Below are positions 30,001 to 45,000 of a DNA stretch of 64,000 bases, piece after piece. Numbering within the stretch: position 1 is the stretch's first letter; every line of letters begins with the position of its first letter. A model generated the notes under the pieces. The model was not told where the DNA came from, searched no databases, and saw nothing but the letters and a program-made list of their open reading frames with translations. The position numbers were made by a program, and so were the translations under genes. The stretch lies in the NCBI GenBank assembly GCA_964016885.1, contig OZ024743.1, forward strand, positions 207,328,001-207,392,000, read 5' to 3'. This DNA is from Eledone cirrhosa. Lineage: Eukaryota.

Positions 30001-33000
30001 CTTGATCTATGTAAAGTTTATTGTCCTACACTCTACCAGTACTACTGATCTACCACCCTGATCTATGTAAAGTATATTATCCTACAATCTACCAGTGCTA
30101 CTAATCTCCCACCCTGATCTATGTAAAGTATATTATCCTTCACTCTACCAGTACTACTAATCTACCACCTTAATCTATGTAAAGTATATTGTCCTACACT
30201 CTACCAGTGATACTATCTCCCACCTTGATCTATGTAAAGTATATTGTCCTACACTCTACCAGTACTACTAAACTACCACCCTGATCTATGTAAAGTATAT
30301 TGTCCTACACTCTACCAGTGCTACTAATCTCCCACCTTGATCTATGTAAAGTATATTGTCCTACACTCTACCAGTACTACTAATCTACCATCCTGATCTA
30401 TGTAAAGTATATTGTCCTACTCTCTACCAGTACTACTAATCTCCTACCTTGATCTATGTAAAGTATATTGTCCTACACTCTACCAGTACTACTAATCTAC
30501 TACCTTGATCTATGTAAAGTATATTGTCCTACACTCTACCAGTACTACTGATTTACCACCCTCATCTATGTAAAGTATATTATCCTATACTCTACCAGTA
30601 CTACTAATCTACCACCCTGATCTATGTAAAGTATATTGTCCTACACTCTACCAGTACTACTAATCTACCACCCTGATCTATGTAAAGTATATTGTCCTAC
30701 ACTCTACCAGTACTACTGATCTACCACCCTGATCTATGTAAAGTATATTATTCTACACTCTACCAGTACTACTAATCTCCCACCCTGATCTATGTAAAGT
30801 ATATTATCCTACACTCTACCAGTACTACTAATTTACCACCCTGATCTATGTAAAGTATATTGTCCTACACTCTACCAGTACTACTAATCTCCCACCTTGA
30901 TCTATGTAAAGAATATTGTCCTACACTCTACCAGTGCTAATAATCTCCCACCTTGATCTATGTAAAGTATATTGTCCTACACTCTACCAGTACAACTAAT
31001 CTACCAGCCTGATCTATGTAAAGTATATTGTCCTACACTCTACCAGTGCTACTAATCTCCCACCTTGATCTATGTAAAGTATATTGTCCTACACTCTACC
31101 AGTGCTACTAATCTACCACCCTGATCTATGTAAAGTATATTGTCCTACACTCTACCAGTGCTACTAATGTACCACCCTGATTTATGTACAGTATATTGTC
31201 CTACACTCTACCAATACTACTAATCTACCACCCTGATCTATGTAAAGTATATTGTCCTACACTCTACCAGTGCTACTAATCTACCAGCTTGATCTATGTA
31301 AAGTATATTGTACTACTAATCTACCACGTTGATCTATGTAAAGTATATTGTCCTACACTCTACCAGTACTACTAATCTACCACCCTGATCTATGTAAATT
31401 ATATTGTCCTACACTCTACCAGTGCTACTATTCTCCCACCCTGATCTATGTAAAGTATATTGTCCTACACTCTACCAGTACTACTAATCTCCCACCTTGA
31501 TCTATGTAAAGTATATTGTCCTACACTCTACCAGTGCTAATAATCTCCCACCTTGGTCTATGTAAAGTATATTGTCCTACACTCTACCAGTACTACTAAT
31601 CTACCATCCTCATCTATGTAAAGTATATTGTCCTACACTCTACCAGTGCTACTAATCTATCACCTTGATCTATGTAAAGTATATTGTCCTACACTCTACC
31701 AGTGCTACTAATCTACCACCCTGATCTATGTAAAGTATATTGTCCTACACTCTACCAGTGCTACTAATCTACCACCCTGATCTATGTAGAGTATATTGTC
31801 CTACACTCTACCAATACTACTAATCTACCACCCTGATCTATGTAAAGTATATTGTCCTACACTCTATCAGTACTACTAATCTACCATCCTGATCTATGTA
31901 AAGTATATTGTCCTACACTCTACCAGTACTACTAATCTCCTACCTTGATCTATGTAAAGTATATTGTCCTACACTCTACCAGTACTACTAATCTACCACC
32001 CTGATCTATGTAAAGTATATTGTCCTACACTCTACCAGTACTACTGATCTACCACCCTGATCTATGTAAAGTATATTATTCTACACTCTACCAGTACTAC
32101 TAATCTCCCACCCTGATCTATGTAAAGTATATTATCCTACACTCTACCAGTACTACTAATCTACCACCCTGATCTATGTAAAGTATATTGTCCTACACTC
32201 TACCAGTACTACTAATCTCCCACCTTGATCTATGTAAAGTATATTGTCCTACACTCTACCAGTGCTAATAATCTCCCACCTTGATCTATGTAAAGTATAT
32301 TGTCCTACACACTACCAGTACAACTAATCTACCAGCCTGATCTATGTAAAGTATATTGTCCTACACTCTACCAGTGCTACTAATCTCCCACCTTGATCTA
32401 TGTAAAGTATATTGTCTTACACTCTACCAGTGCTACTAATCTACCACCCTGATCTATGTAAAGTATATTGTCCTACACTCTACCAGTGCTACTAATCTAC
32501 CACCCTGATTTATGTAAAGTATATTGTCCTACACTCTACCAATACTACTAATCTACCACCCTGATCTATGTAAAGTATATTGTCCTACACTCTACCAGTG
32601 CTACTAATCTACCACCTTGATCTATGTAAAGTATATTGTACTACTAATCTACCACGTTGATCTATGTAAAGTATATTGTCCTACACTCTACCAGTACTAC
32701 TAATCTACCACCCTGATCTATCTAAAGTATATTGTCCTACACTCTACCAGTGCTACTAATCTCCCACCCTGATCTATGTAAAGTATATTGTCCTACACTC
32801 TACCAGTGCTACTAATCTCCCACCTTGATCTATGTAAAGTATATTGTCCTACACTCTACCAGTGCTAATAATCTCCCACCTTGGTCTATGTAAAGTATAT
32901 TGTCCTACACTCTACCAGTACTACTAATCTACCATCCTCATCTATGTAAAGTATATTGTCCTACACTCTACCAGTGCTACTAATCTATCACCTTGATCTA

Positions 33001-36000
33001 TGTAAAGTATATTGTCCTACACTCTACCAGTGCTACTAATCTACCACCCTGATCTATGTAAAGTATATTGTCCTACACTCTACCAATACTACTAATCTAC
33101 CACCCTGATCTATGTAAAGTATATTGTCCTACACTGTACCAGTGCTACTAATCTCCCACCTTGATCTATGTAAAGTATATTGTCCTACACTCTACCAGTA
33201 CTACTAATCTACCACCCTGATCTATGTAAAGTATATTGTCCTACACTCTATCAGTGCTACTAATCTACCAACTTGATCTATGTAAAGTATATTGTCCTAC
33301 ACTCTACCAGTGCTACTAATCTACCACCTTGATCTATGTAAAGTATATTGTCCTACACTCTACCAGTAGTACTAATCTACCACCTTGATCTATGTAAAGT
33401 ATATTGTCCTACGCTCTACCAGTGCTAATAATCTCCCACCTTGATCTATGTAAAGTATATTGTCCTACACTCTACCAATACTACTAATCTACCACCCTGA
33501 TCTATGTAAAGTATATTATCCTACACTCTACCAGTGCTACTAATCTCCCACCCTGATCTATGTAAAGTATATTGTCCTACACTCTACCAGTACTACTATT
33601 CTCCCACCTTGATCTATGTAAAGTATATTGTCCTACGCTCTACCAGTGCTAATAATCTCCCACCTTGATCTATGTAAAGTATATTGTCCTACACTCTACC
33701 AGTACAACTAATCTACCACCCTGATCTATGTAAAGTATGTTGTCCTACACTCTACCAGTGCTACTAATCTCCCACCTTGATCTATGTAAAGTATATTGTC
33801 CTACACTCTACCAGTACTACTAATCTACCACCCTCATCTATGTAAATTATATTGTCCTACACTCTACCAGTGCTACTAATCTATCACCTTGATCTATGTA
33901 AAGTATATTGTCCTACACTCTACCAGTGCTACTAATCTACCACCCTGATCTATGTAAAGTATATTGTCCTACACTCTACCAATACTACTAATCTACCACC
34001 CTGATCTATGTAAAGTATATTGTCCTACACTCTACCAGTGCTACTAATCTACCACCTTGATCTATGTAAAGTATATTGTCCTACACTCTACCAGTACTAC
34101 TAATCTACCACCTTGATCTATGTAAAGTATATTGTCCTACACTCTACCAGTACTACTAATCTACCATCCTCATCTATGTAAAGTATATTGTCCTACACTC
34201 TACCAGTACTACTAATCTACCACCTTGATCTATGTAAAGTATATTGTCCTACACTGTACCAGTGCTACTAATCTCCCACCTTGATCTATGTAAAGTATAT
34301 TGTCCTACACTCTACCAGTACTACTAATCTACCACCCTGATCCATGTAAAGTATATTGTCCTACACTCTACCAGTACTACTAATCTACCATCCTGATCTA
34401 TGTAAAGTATATTGTCCTACACTCTACCAGTACTACTAATCTCCTACCTTGATCTATGTAAAGTATATTGTCCTACACTCTACCAGTACTACTAATCTAC
34501 TACCTTAATCTATGTATAGTATATTGTCCTACACTCTACCAGTACTACTAATCTGCCACACTGATCTATGTAAAGTATATTGTCCTACACTCAACCAGTG
34601 CTACTAATCTCCCACCTTGATCTATGTAAAGTATATTGTCCTACACTCTACCAGTACTACGAATCTACCACCCTGATCTATGTAAAGTATATTGTCCTAC
34701 ACTCTACCAATACTACTAATCTACCACCCTGATCTATGTAAAGTATATTGTCCTACACTCTACCAGTACTACTAATCTACCATCCTGATCTATGTAAAGT
34801 ATATTGTCCTACACTCTACCAGTACTACTAATCTCCTACCTTGATCTATGTAAAGTATATTGTCCTACACTCTACCAGTACTACTAATCTACTACCTTAA
34901 TCTATGTATAGTATATTGTCCTACACTCTACCAGTACTACTAATCTCCCACACTGATCTATGTAAAGTATATTGTCCTACACTCAACCAGTGCTACTAAT
35001 CTCCCACCTTGATCTATGTAAAGTATATTGTCCTACACTCTACCAGTACTACTGATCTACCACCCTGATCTATGTAAAGTATATTATCCTACACTCTACC
35101 AGTACTACTAATCTACCACCCTGATCTATGTAAAGTATATTGTCCTACACTCTACCAGTACTACTAATCTACCACCCTGATCTATGTAAAGTATATTGTC
35201 CTACACTCTACCAGTACTACTGATCTACCACCCTGATCTATGTAAAGTATATTATTCTACACTCTACCAGTACTACTAATCTCCCACCCTGATCTATGTA
35301 AAGTATATTATCCTACACTCTACCAGTACTACTAATCTACCACCCTGATCTATGTAAAGAATATTGTCCTACACTCTACCAGTACTACTAATCTCCCACC
35401 TTGATCTATGTAAAGTATATTGTCCTACACTCTACCAGTGCTAATAATCTCCCACCTTGATCTATGTAAAGTATATTGTCCTACACTCTACCAGTACAAC
35501 TAATCTACCAGCCTGATCTATGTAAAGTATATTGTCCTACACTCTACCAGTGCTACTAATCTCCCACCTTGATCTATGTAAAGTATATTGTCCTACACTC
35601 TACCAGTGCTACTAATCTACCACCCTGATCTATGTAAAGTATATTGTCCTACACTCTACCAGTGCTACTAATCTACCACCCTGATTTATGTAAAGTATAT
35701 TGTCCTACACTCTACCAATACTACTAATCTACCACCCTGATCTATGTAAAGTATATTGTCCTACACTCTACCAGTGCTACTAATCTACCACCGTGATCTA
35801 TGTAAAGTATATTGTACTACTAATCTACCACGTTGATCTATGTAAAGTATATTGTCCTACACTCTACCAGTACTACTAATCTATCACCCTGATCTATCTA
35901 AAGTATATTGTCCTACACTCTACCAGTGCTACTAATCTCCCACCCTGATCTATGTAAAGTATATTGTCCTACACTCTACCAGTGCTACTAATCTCCCACC

Positions 36001-39000
36001 TTGATCTATGTAAAGTATATTGTCCTACACTCTACCAGTGCTAATAATCTCCCACCTTGGTCTATGTAAAGTATATTGTCCTACACTCTACCAGTACTAC
36101 TAATCTACCATCCTCATCTATGTAAAGTATATTGTCCTACACTCTACCAGTGCTACTAATCTATCACCTTGATCTATGTAAAGTATATTGTCCTACACTC
36201 TACCAGTGCTACTAATCTACCACCCTGATCTATGTAAAGTATATTGTCCTACACTCTACCAATACTACTAATCTACCACCCTGATCTATGTAAAGTATAT
36301 TGTCCTACACTGTACCAGTGCTACTAATCTCCCACCTTGATCTATGTAAAGTATATTGTCCTACACTCTACCAGTACTACTAATCTACCACCCTGATCTA
36401 TGTAAAGTATATTGTCCTACACTCTACCAGTACTACTAATCTACCAACTTGATCTATGTAAAGTATATTGTCCTACACTCTACCAGTGCTACTAATCTAC
36501 CACCTTGATCTATGTAAAGTATATTGTCCTACACTCTACCAGTAGTACTAATCTACCACCTTGATCTATGTAAAGTATATTGTCCTACGCTCTACCAGTG
36601 CTAATAATCTCCCACCTTGATCTATGTAAAGTATATTGTCCTACACTCTACCAATACTACTAATCTACCACCCTGATCTATGTAAAGTATATTGTCCTAC
36701 ACTCTACCAGTGCTACTAATCTCCCACCCTGATCTATGTAAAGTATATTGTCCTACACTCTACCAGTACTACTAATCTACCACCTTGATCTATGTAAAGT
36801 ATATTGTCCTACACTCTACCAGTACTACTAATCTACCACCCTGATCTATGTAAAGTATGTAGTCCTACACTCTACCAGTGCTACTAATCTCCCACCTTGA
36901 TCTATGTAAAGTATATTGTCCTACGCTCTACCAGTGCTAATAATCCCCCACCTTGATCTATGTAAAGTATATTGTCCTACACTCTACCAGTACAACTAAT
37001 CTACCACCCTGATCTATGTAAAGTATGTTGTCCTACAATTTACCAGTGCTACTAATCTCCCACCTTGATCTATGTAAAGTATATTGTCCTACACTCTACC
37101 AGTACTACTAATCTACCACCCTCATCTATGTAAATTATATTGTCCTACACTCTACCAGTGCTACTAATCTATCACCTTGATCTATGTAAAGTATATTGTC
37201 CTACACTCTACCAGTGCTACTAATCTACCACCCTGATCTATGTAAAGTATATTGTCCTACACTCTACCAATACTACTAATCTACCACCCTGATCTATGTA
37301 AAGTATATTGTCCTACACTCTACCAGTGCTACTAATCTACCACCTTGATCTATGTAAAGTATATTGTCCTACACTCTACCAGTACTACTAATCTACCACC
37401 TTGATCTATGTAAAGTATATTGTCCTACACTCTACCAGTACTACTAATCTACCACCTTGATCTGTGTAAAGTATATTGTCCTACACTCTACCAGTGCTAC
37501 TAATCTCTCACCCTGATCTATACAAAGTATATTGTCCTACATTCTACCAGTACTACTAATCTCCCACCCTGATCTATGTAAAGTATGTTGTCCTACACTC
37601 TACCAGTACTACTAATCTACCACCTTGATCTATGTAAAGTATATTGTCCTACACTCTACCAGTACTACTAATCTACCACCCTGATCTATGTAAAGTATAT
37701 TGTCCTACACTCTACCAGTGCTACTAATATCCCACCCTGAGCTATGTAAAGTATATTGTCCTACACTCTACCAGTGCTACTAATCTACCACCTTGATCTA
37801 TGTAAAGTATATTGTCCTACACTCTACCAGTACTACTAATCTACCACCCTGATCTATGTAAAGTATATTGTCCTACACTCTACCAGTACTACTAATCTAC
37901 CACCCTAATGTAATAAATTATATTGTCCTACACTCTACCAGTACTACTAATCTACCACCCTGATCTATGTAAAATATATTGTCCTACACTCTACCAGTAC
38001 TACTAATCTCCCACCCTGATCTATCTAAATTATATTGTCCTACACTCTACCAGTGCTACTAATCTACCACCTTGATCTATGTAAAGTATATTGTCCTACA
38101 CTCTACCAGTACTACTAATCTCCCACCCTGATCTATGTAAAGTATATTGTCCTACACTCTACCAGTACTACTAATCTCCCACCCTGATCTATGTAAAGTA
38201 TATTGTCCTACACTCTACCAGTACTACTAATCTCCCACCCTGATCTATGTAAAGTATATTGTCCTACACTCTACCAGTACTACTAATCTCCCACCCTGAT
38301 CTATGTAAAGTATATTGTCCTACACTCTACCAGTACTACTAATCTCCCACCCTGATCTATGTAAAGTATATTGTCCTACACTCTACCAGTACTACTAACC
38401 TCCCACCCTGATCTATCTAAATTATATTGTCTTACTCTCTACCATCCTACTAATCTACCACCTTGATCTATGTAAAGTATATTGTCCTACACTCTACCAG
38501 TACTACTAATCTACCACCTTGATCTATGTAATGTATATTGTCCTACACTCTACCAGTACTACTAATCTACCTCCCTGATCTATGTAAAGTATATTGTCCT
38601 ACACTCTACCAGTACTACTAATCTACCACCTTGATCTATGTAAAGTATATTGTCCTACACTCTACCAGTGCTACTAATCTACCACCCTGATCTATTTAAA
38701 GTATATTGTCCTACACTCTACCAGTACTACTAATCTACCACCCTGATCTATGTAAAGTATATTGTCCTACACTCTACCAGTACTACTAATCTACCACCTT
38801 GATCTATGTAAAGTATATTGTCCTACACTATACCAGTACTACTAATCTCCCACCCTGATCTATGTAAAGTATAGTGTCCTACACTCTACCAGTACTACTA
38901 ATCTCCCACCCTGATCTATGTAAAGTATTTTGTCCTACACTCTACCAGTACTACTGATCTACCACCCTGATCTATGTAAAGTATATTGTCCTACACTCTA

Positions 39001-42000
39001 CCAGTCCTACTAATCTACCACCTTGATCTATGTAAAGTATATTGTCCTACACTCTACCAGTACTACTAATCTACCACCCTGATCTATGTAAATTATATTG
39101 TCCTACACTCTACCAGTACTACTAATCTACCACCCTGATCTATGTAAAGTATATTGTTCTACACTCTACCAGTACTACTAATCTACCACCCTGATCTATG
39201 TAAAGTATATTGTCCTACACTCTACCAGTACTACTAATCTACCACCTTGATCTATGTAAAGTATTTTGTCCTACACTCTACCAGTGCTACTAATCTACCA
39301 CCCTGATCTATGTAAAGTATATTGTCCTACACTCTACCAGTGCTACTAATCTACCACCTTGATCTATGTAAAGTATATTGTCCTACACTCTACCAGTACT
39401 ACTAATCTACCACCCTGATCTATGTAAAGTATATTGTCCTACACTCTACCAGTACTACTAATCTCCCACCCTGATCTATGTATAGTATATTGTCCTACAC
39501 TCTACCAGTACTACTAATCTACCACCCTGATCTATGTAAATTATATTGTCCTACACTCTACCAGTACTACTAATCTACCACCCTGATCTATGTAAAGTAT
39601 ATTGTCCTACACTCTACCAGTACTACTAATCTACCACCTTGATCTATGTAAAGTATATTGTCCTACACTATACCAGTACTACTAATCTCCCACCCTGATC
39701 TATGTAAAGTATAGTGTCCTACACTCTACCAGTACTACTAATCTCCCACCCTGAGCTATGTAAAGTATATTGACCTACACTCTACCAGTGCTACTAATCT
39801 ACCACCCTGATCTATGTAAAGTATATTGTCCTACACTCTACCAGTGCTACTAATCTACCACCCTGATCTATGTAAAGTATATTGTCCTACACTCTACCAG
39901 TGCTGCTAATCTACCACCCTGATCTATGTAAAGTATATTGTCCTACACTCTACCAGTACTACTAATCTACCACCCTAATCTATGTAAAGTATATATTCCC
40001 ACACTCTACCAGTACTACTAATCTACCACCCTGATCTATGTAAAGTATATTGTCCTACACTCTACTAGTGCTACTAATCTACCACCTTGATCTATGTAAA
40101 GTATATTGTCCTACACTCTACCAGTACTACTAATCTACCACCCTGATCTATGTAAAGTATATTGTCCTACAGTCTACTAGTGCTACTAATCTACCACCTT
40201 GATCTATGTAAAGTATATTGTCCTACACTCTACCAGTACTACTAATCTACCACCTTGATCTATGTAAAGTATATTGACCTACACTCTACCAGTGCTACTA
40301 ATCTACCACCCTGATCTATGTAAAGTATATTGTCCTACACTCTACCAATACTACTAATCTACCACCCTGATCTATGTAAAGTATATTGTCCTACACTGTA
40401 CCAGTGCTACTAATCTCCCACCTTGATCTATGTAAAGTATATTGTCCTACACTCTACCAGTACTACTAATCTACCACCCTGATCTATGTAAAGTATATTG
40501 TCCTACACTCTACCAGTACTACTAATCTACCAACTTGATCTATGTAAAGTATATTGTCCTACACTCTACCAGTGCTACTAATCTACCACCTTGATCTATG
40601 TAAAGTATATTGTCCTACACTCTACCAGTAGTACTAATCTACCACCTTGATCTATGTAAAGTATATTGTCCTACGCTCTACCAGTGCTAATAATCTCCCA
40701 CCTTGATCTATGTAAAGTATATTGTCCTACACTCTACCAATACTACTAATCTACCACCCTGATCTATGTAAAGTATATTGTCCTACACTCTACCAGTGCT
40801 ACTAATCTCCCACCCTGATCTATGTAAAGTATATTGTCCTACACTCTACCAGTACTACTAATCTACCACCTTGATCTATGTAAAGTATATTGTCCTACAC
40901 TCTACCAGTACTACTAATCTACCACCCTGATCTATGTAAAGCATGTTGTCCTACACTCTACCAGTGCTACTAATCTCCCACCTTGATCTATGTAAAGTAT
41001 ATTGTCCTACGCTCTACCAGTGCTACTAATCTCCCACCTTGATCTATGTAAAGTATATTGTCCTACACTCTACCAGTACTACTAATCTACCACCCTCATC
41101 TATGTAAATTATATTGTCCTACACTCTACCAGTGCTACTAATCTATCACCTTGATCTATGTAAAGTATATTGTCCTACACTCTACCAGTGCTACTAATCT
41201 ACCACCCTGATCTATGTAAAGTATATTGTCCTACACTCTACCAATACTACTAATCTACCACCCTGATCTATGTAAAGTATATTGTCCTACACTCTACCAG
41301 TGCTACTAATCTACCACCTTGATCTATGTAAAGTATATTGTCCTACACTCTACCAGTACTACTAATCTACCACCTTGATCTATGTAAAGTATATTGTCCT
41401 ACACTCTACCAGTACTACTAATCTACCACCTTGATCTGTGTAAAGTATATTGTCCTACACTCTACCAGTGCTACTAATCTCTCACCCTGATCTATACAAA
41501 GTATATTGTCCTACATTCTACCAGTACTACTAATCTCCCACCCTGATCTATGTAAAGTATGTTGTCCTACACTCTACCAGTACTACTAATCTACCACCTT
41601 GATCTATGTAAAGTATATTGTCCTACACTCTACCAGTACTACTAATCTACCACCCTGATCTATGTAAAGTATATTGTCCTACACTCTACCAGTGCTACTA
41701 ATATCCCACCCTGAGCTATGTAAAGTATATTGTCCTACACTCTACCAGTGCTACTAATCTACCACCTTGATCTATGTAAAGTATATTGTCCTACACTCTA
41801 CCAGTACTACTAATCTACCACCCTGATCTATGTAAAGTATATTGTCCTACACTCTACCAGTACTACTAATCTACCACCCTAATGTAATAAATTATATTGT
41901 CCTACACTCTACCAGTACTACTAATCTACCACCCTGATCTATGTAAAATATATTGTCCTACACTCTACCAGTACTACTAATCTCCCACCCTGATCTATCT

Positions 42001-45000
42001 AAATTATATTGTCCTACACTCTACCAGTGCTACTAATCTACCACCTTGATCTATGTAAAGTATATTGTCCTACACTCTACCAGTACTACTAATCTCCCAC
42101 CCTGATCTATGTAAAGTATATTGTCCTACACTCTACCAGTACTACTAATCTCCCACCCTGATCTATGTAAAGTATATTGTCCTACACTCTACCAGTACTA
42201 CTAATCTCCCACCCTGATCTATGTAAAGTATATTGTCCTACACTCTACCAGTACTACTAATCTCCCACCCTGATCTATGTAAAGTATATTGTCCTACACT
42301 CTACCAGTACTACTAATCTACCACCCTGATCTATGTAAAGTATATTGTCCTAAACTCTACCAGTACTACTGATCTACCACCCTGATCTATTTAAAGTATA
42401 TTGTCCTACACTCTACCAGTACTACTAACCTCCCACCCTGATCTATCTAAATTATATTGTCTTACACTCTACCATCCTACTAATCTACCACCTTGATCTA
42501 TGTAAAGTATATTGTCCTACACTCTACCAGTACTACTAATCTACCACCCTGATCTATGTAAAGTATATTGTCCTACACTCTACCAGTACTACTAATCTCC
42601 CACCCTGATCTATGTAAAGTATATTGTCCTACACTCTACCAGTACTACTAATCTCCCACCCTGATCTATGTAAAGTATATTGTCCTACACTCTACCAGTA
42701 CTACTAATCTCCCACCCTGATCTATGTAAAGTATATTGTCCTACACTCTACCAGTACTACTAATCTCCCACCCTGATCTATGTAAAGTATATTGTCCTAC
42801 ACTCTACCAGTACTACTAACCTCCCACCCTGATCTATCTAAATTATATTGTCTTACTCTCTACCATCCTACTAATCTACCACCTTGATCTATGTAAAGTA
42901 TATTGTCCTACACTCTACCAGTACTACTAATCTACCACCTTGATCTATGTAATGTATATTGTCCTACACTCTACCAGTACTACTAATCTACCTCCCTGAT
43001 CTATGTAAAGTATATTGTCCTACACTCTACCAGTACTACTAATCTACCACCTTGATCTATGTAAAGTATATTGTCCTACACTCTACCAGTGCTACTAATC
43101 TACCACCCTGATCTATTTAAAGTATATTGTCCTACACTCTACCAGTACTACTAATCTACCACCCTGATCTATGTAAAGTATATTGTCCTACACTCTACCA
43201 GTACTACTAATCTACCACCTTGATCTATGTAAAGTATATTGTCCTACACTATACCAGTACTACTAATCTCCCACCCTGATCTATGTAAAGTATAGTGTCC
43301 TACACTCTACCAGTACTACTAATCTCCCACCCTGATCTATGTAAAGTATTTTGTCCTACACTCTACCAGTACTACTGATCTACCACCCTGATCTATGTAA
43401 AGTATATTGTCCTACACTCTACCAGTCCTACTAATCTACCACCTTGATCTATGTAAAGTATATTGTCCTACACTCTACCAGTACTACTAATCTACCACCC
43501 TGATCTATGTAAATTATATTGTCCTACACTCTACCAGTACTACTAATCTACCACCCTGATCTATGTAAAGTATATTGTTCTACACTCTACCAGTACTACT
43601 AATCTACCACCCTGATCTATGTAAAGTATATTGTCCTACACTCTACCAGTACTACTAATCTACCACCTTGATCTATGTAAAGTATTTTGTCCTACACTCT
43701 ACCAGTGCTACTAATCTACCACCCTGATCTATGTAAAGTATATTGTCCTACACTCTACCAGTGCTACTAATCTACCACCTTGATCTATGTAAAGTATATT
43801 GTCCTACACTCTACCAGTACTACTAATCTACCACCCTGATCTATGTAAAGTATATTGTCCTACACTCTACCAGTACTACTAATCTCCCACCCTGATCTAT
43901 GTATAGTATATTGTCCTACACTCTACCAGTACTACTAATCTACCACCCTGATCTATGTAAATTATATTGTCCTACACTCTACCAGTACTACTAATCTACC
44001 ACCCTGATCTATGTAAAGTATATTGTCCTACACTCTACCAGTACTACTAATCTACCACCTTGATCTATGTAAAGTATATTGTCCTACACTATACCAGTAC
44101 TACTAATCTCCCACCCTGATCTATGTAAAGTATAGTGTCCTACACTCTACCAGTACTACTAATCTCCCACCCTGAGCTATGTAAAGTATATTGACCTACA
44201 CTCTACCAGTGCTACTAATCTACCACCCTGATCTATGTAAAGTATATTGTCCTACACTCTACCAGTGCTACTAATCTACCACCCTGATCTATGTAAAGTA
44301 TATTGTCCTACACTCTACCAGTGCTGCTAATCTACCACCCTGATCTATGTAAAGTATATTGTCCTACACTCTACCAGTACTACTAATCTACCACCCTAAT
44401 CTATGTAAAGTATATATTCCCACACTCTACCAGTACTACTAATCTACCACCCTGATCTATGTAAAGTATATTGTCCTACACTCTACTAGTGCTACTAATC
44501 TACCACCTTGATCTATGTAAAGTATATTGTCCTACACTCTACCAGTACTACTAATCTACCACCCTGATCTATGTAAAGTATATTGTCCTACAGTCTACTA
44601 GTGCTACTAATCTACCACCTTGATCTATGTAAAGTATATTGTCCTACACTCTACCAGTACTACTAATCTACCACCTTGATCTATGTAAAGTATATTGACC
44701 TACACTCTACCAGTGCTACTAATCTACCACCCTGATCTATGTAAAGTATATTGTCCTACACTCTACCAATACTACTAATCTACCACCCTGATCTATGTAA
44801 AGTATATTGTCCTACACTGTACCAGTGCTACTAATCTCCCACCTTGATCTATGTAAAGTATATTGTCCTACACTCTACCAGTACTACTAATCTACCACCC
44901 TGATCTATGTAAAGTATATTGTCCTACACTCTACCAGTACTACTAATCTACCAACTTGATCTATGTAAAGTATATTGTCCTACACTCTACCAGTGCTACT

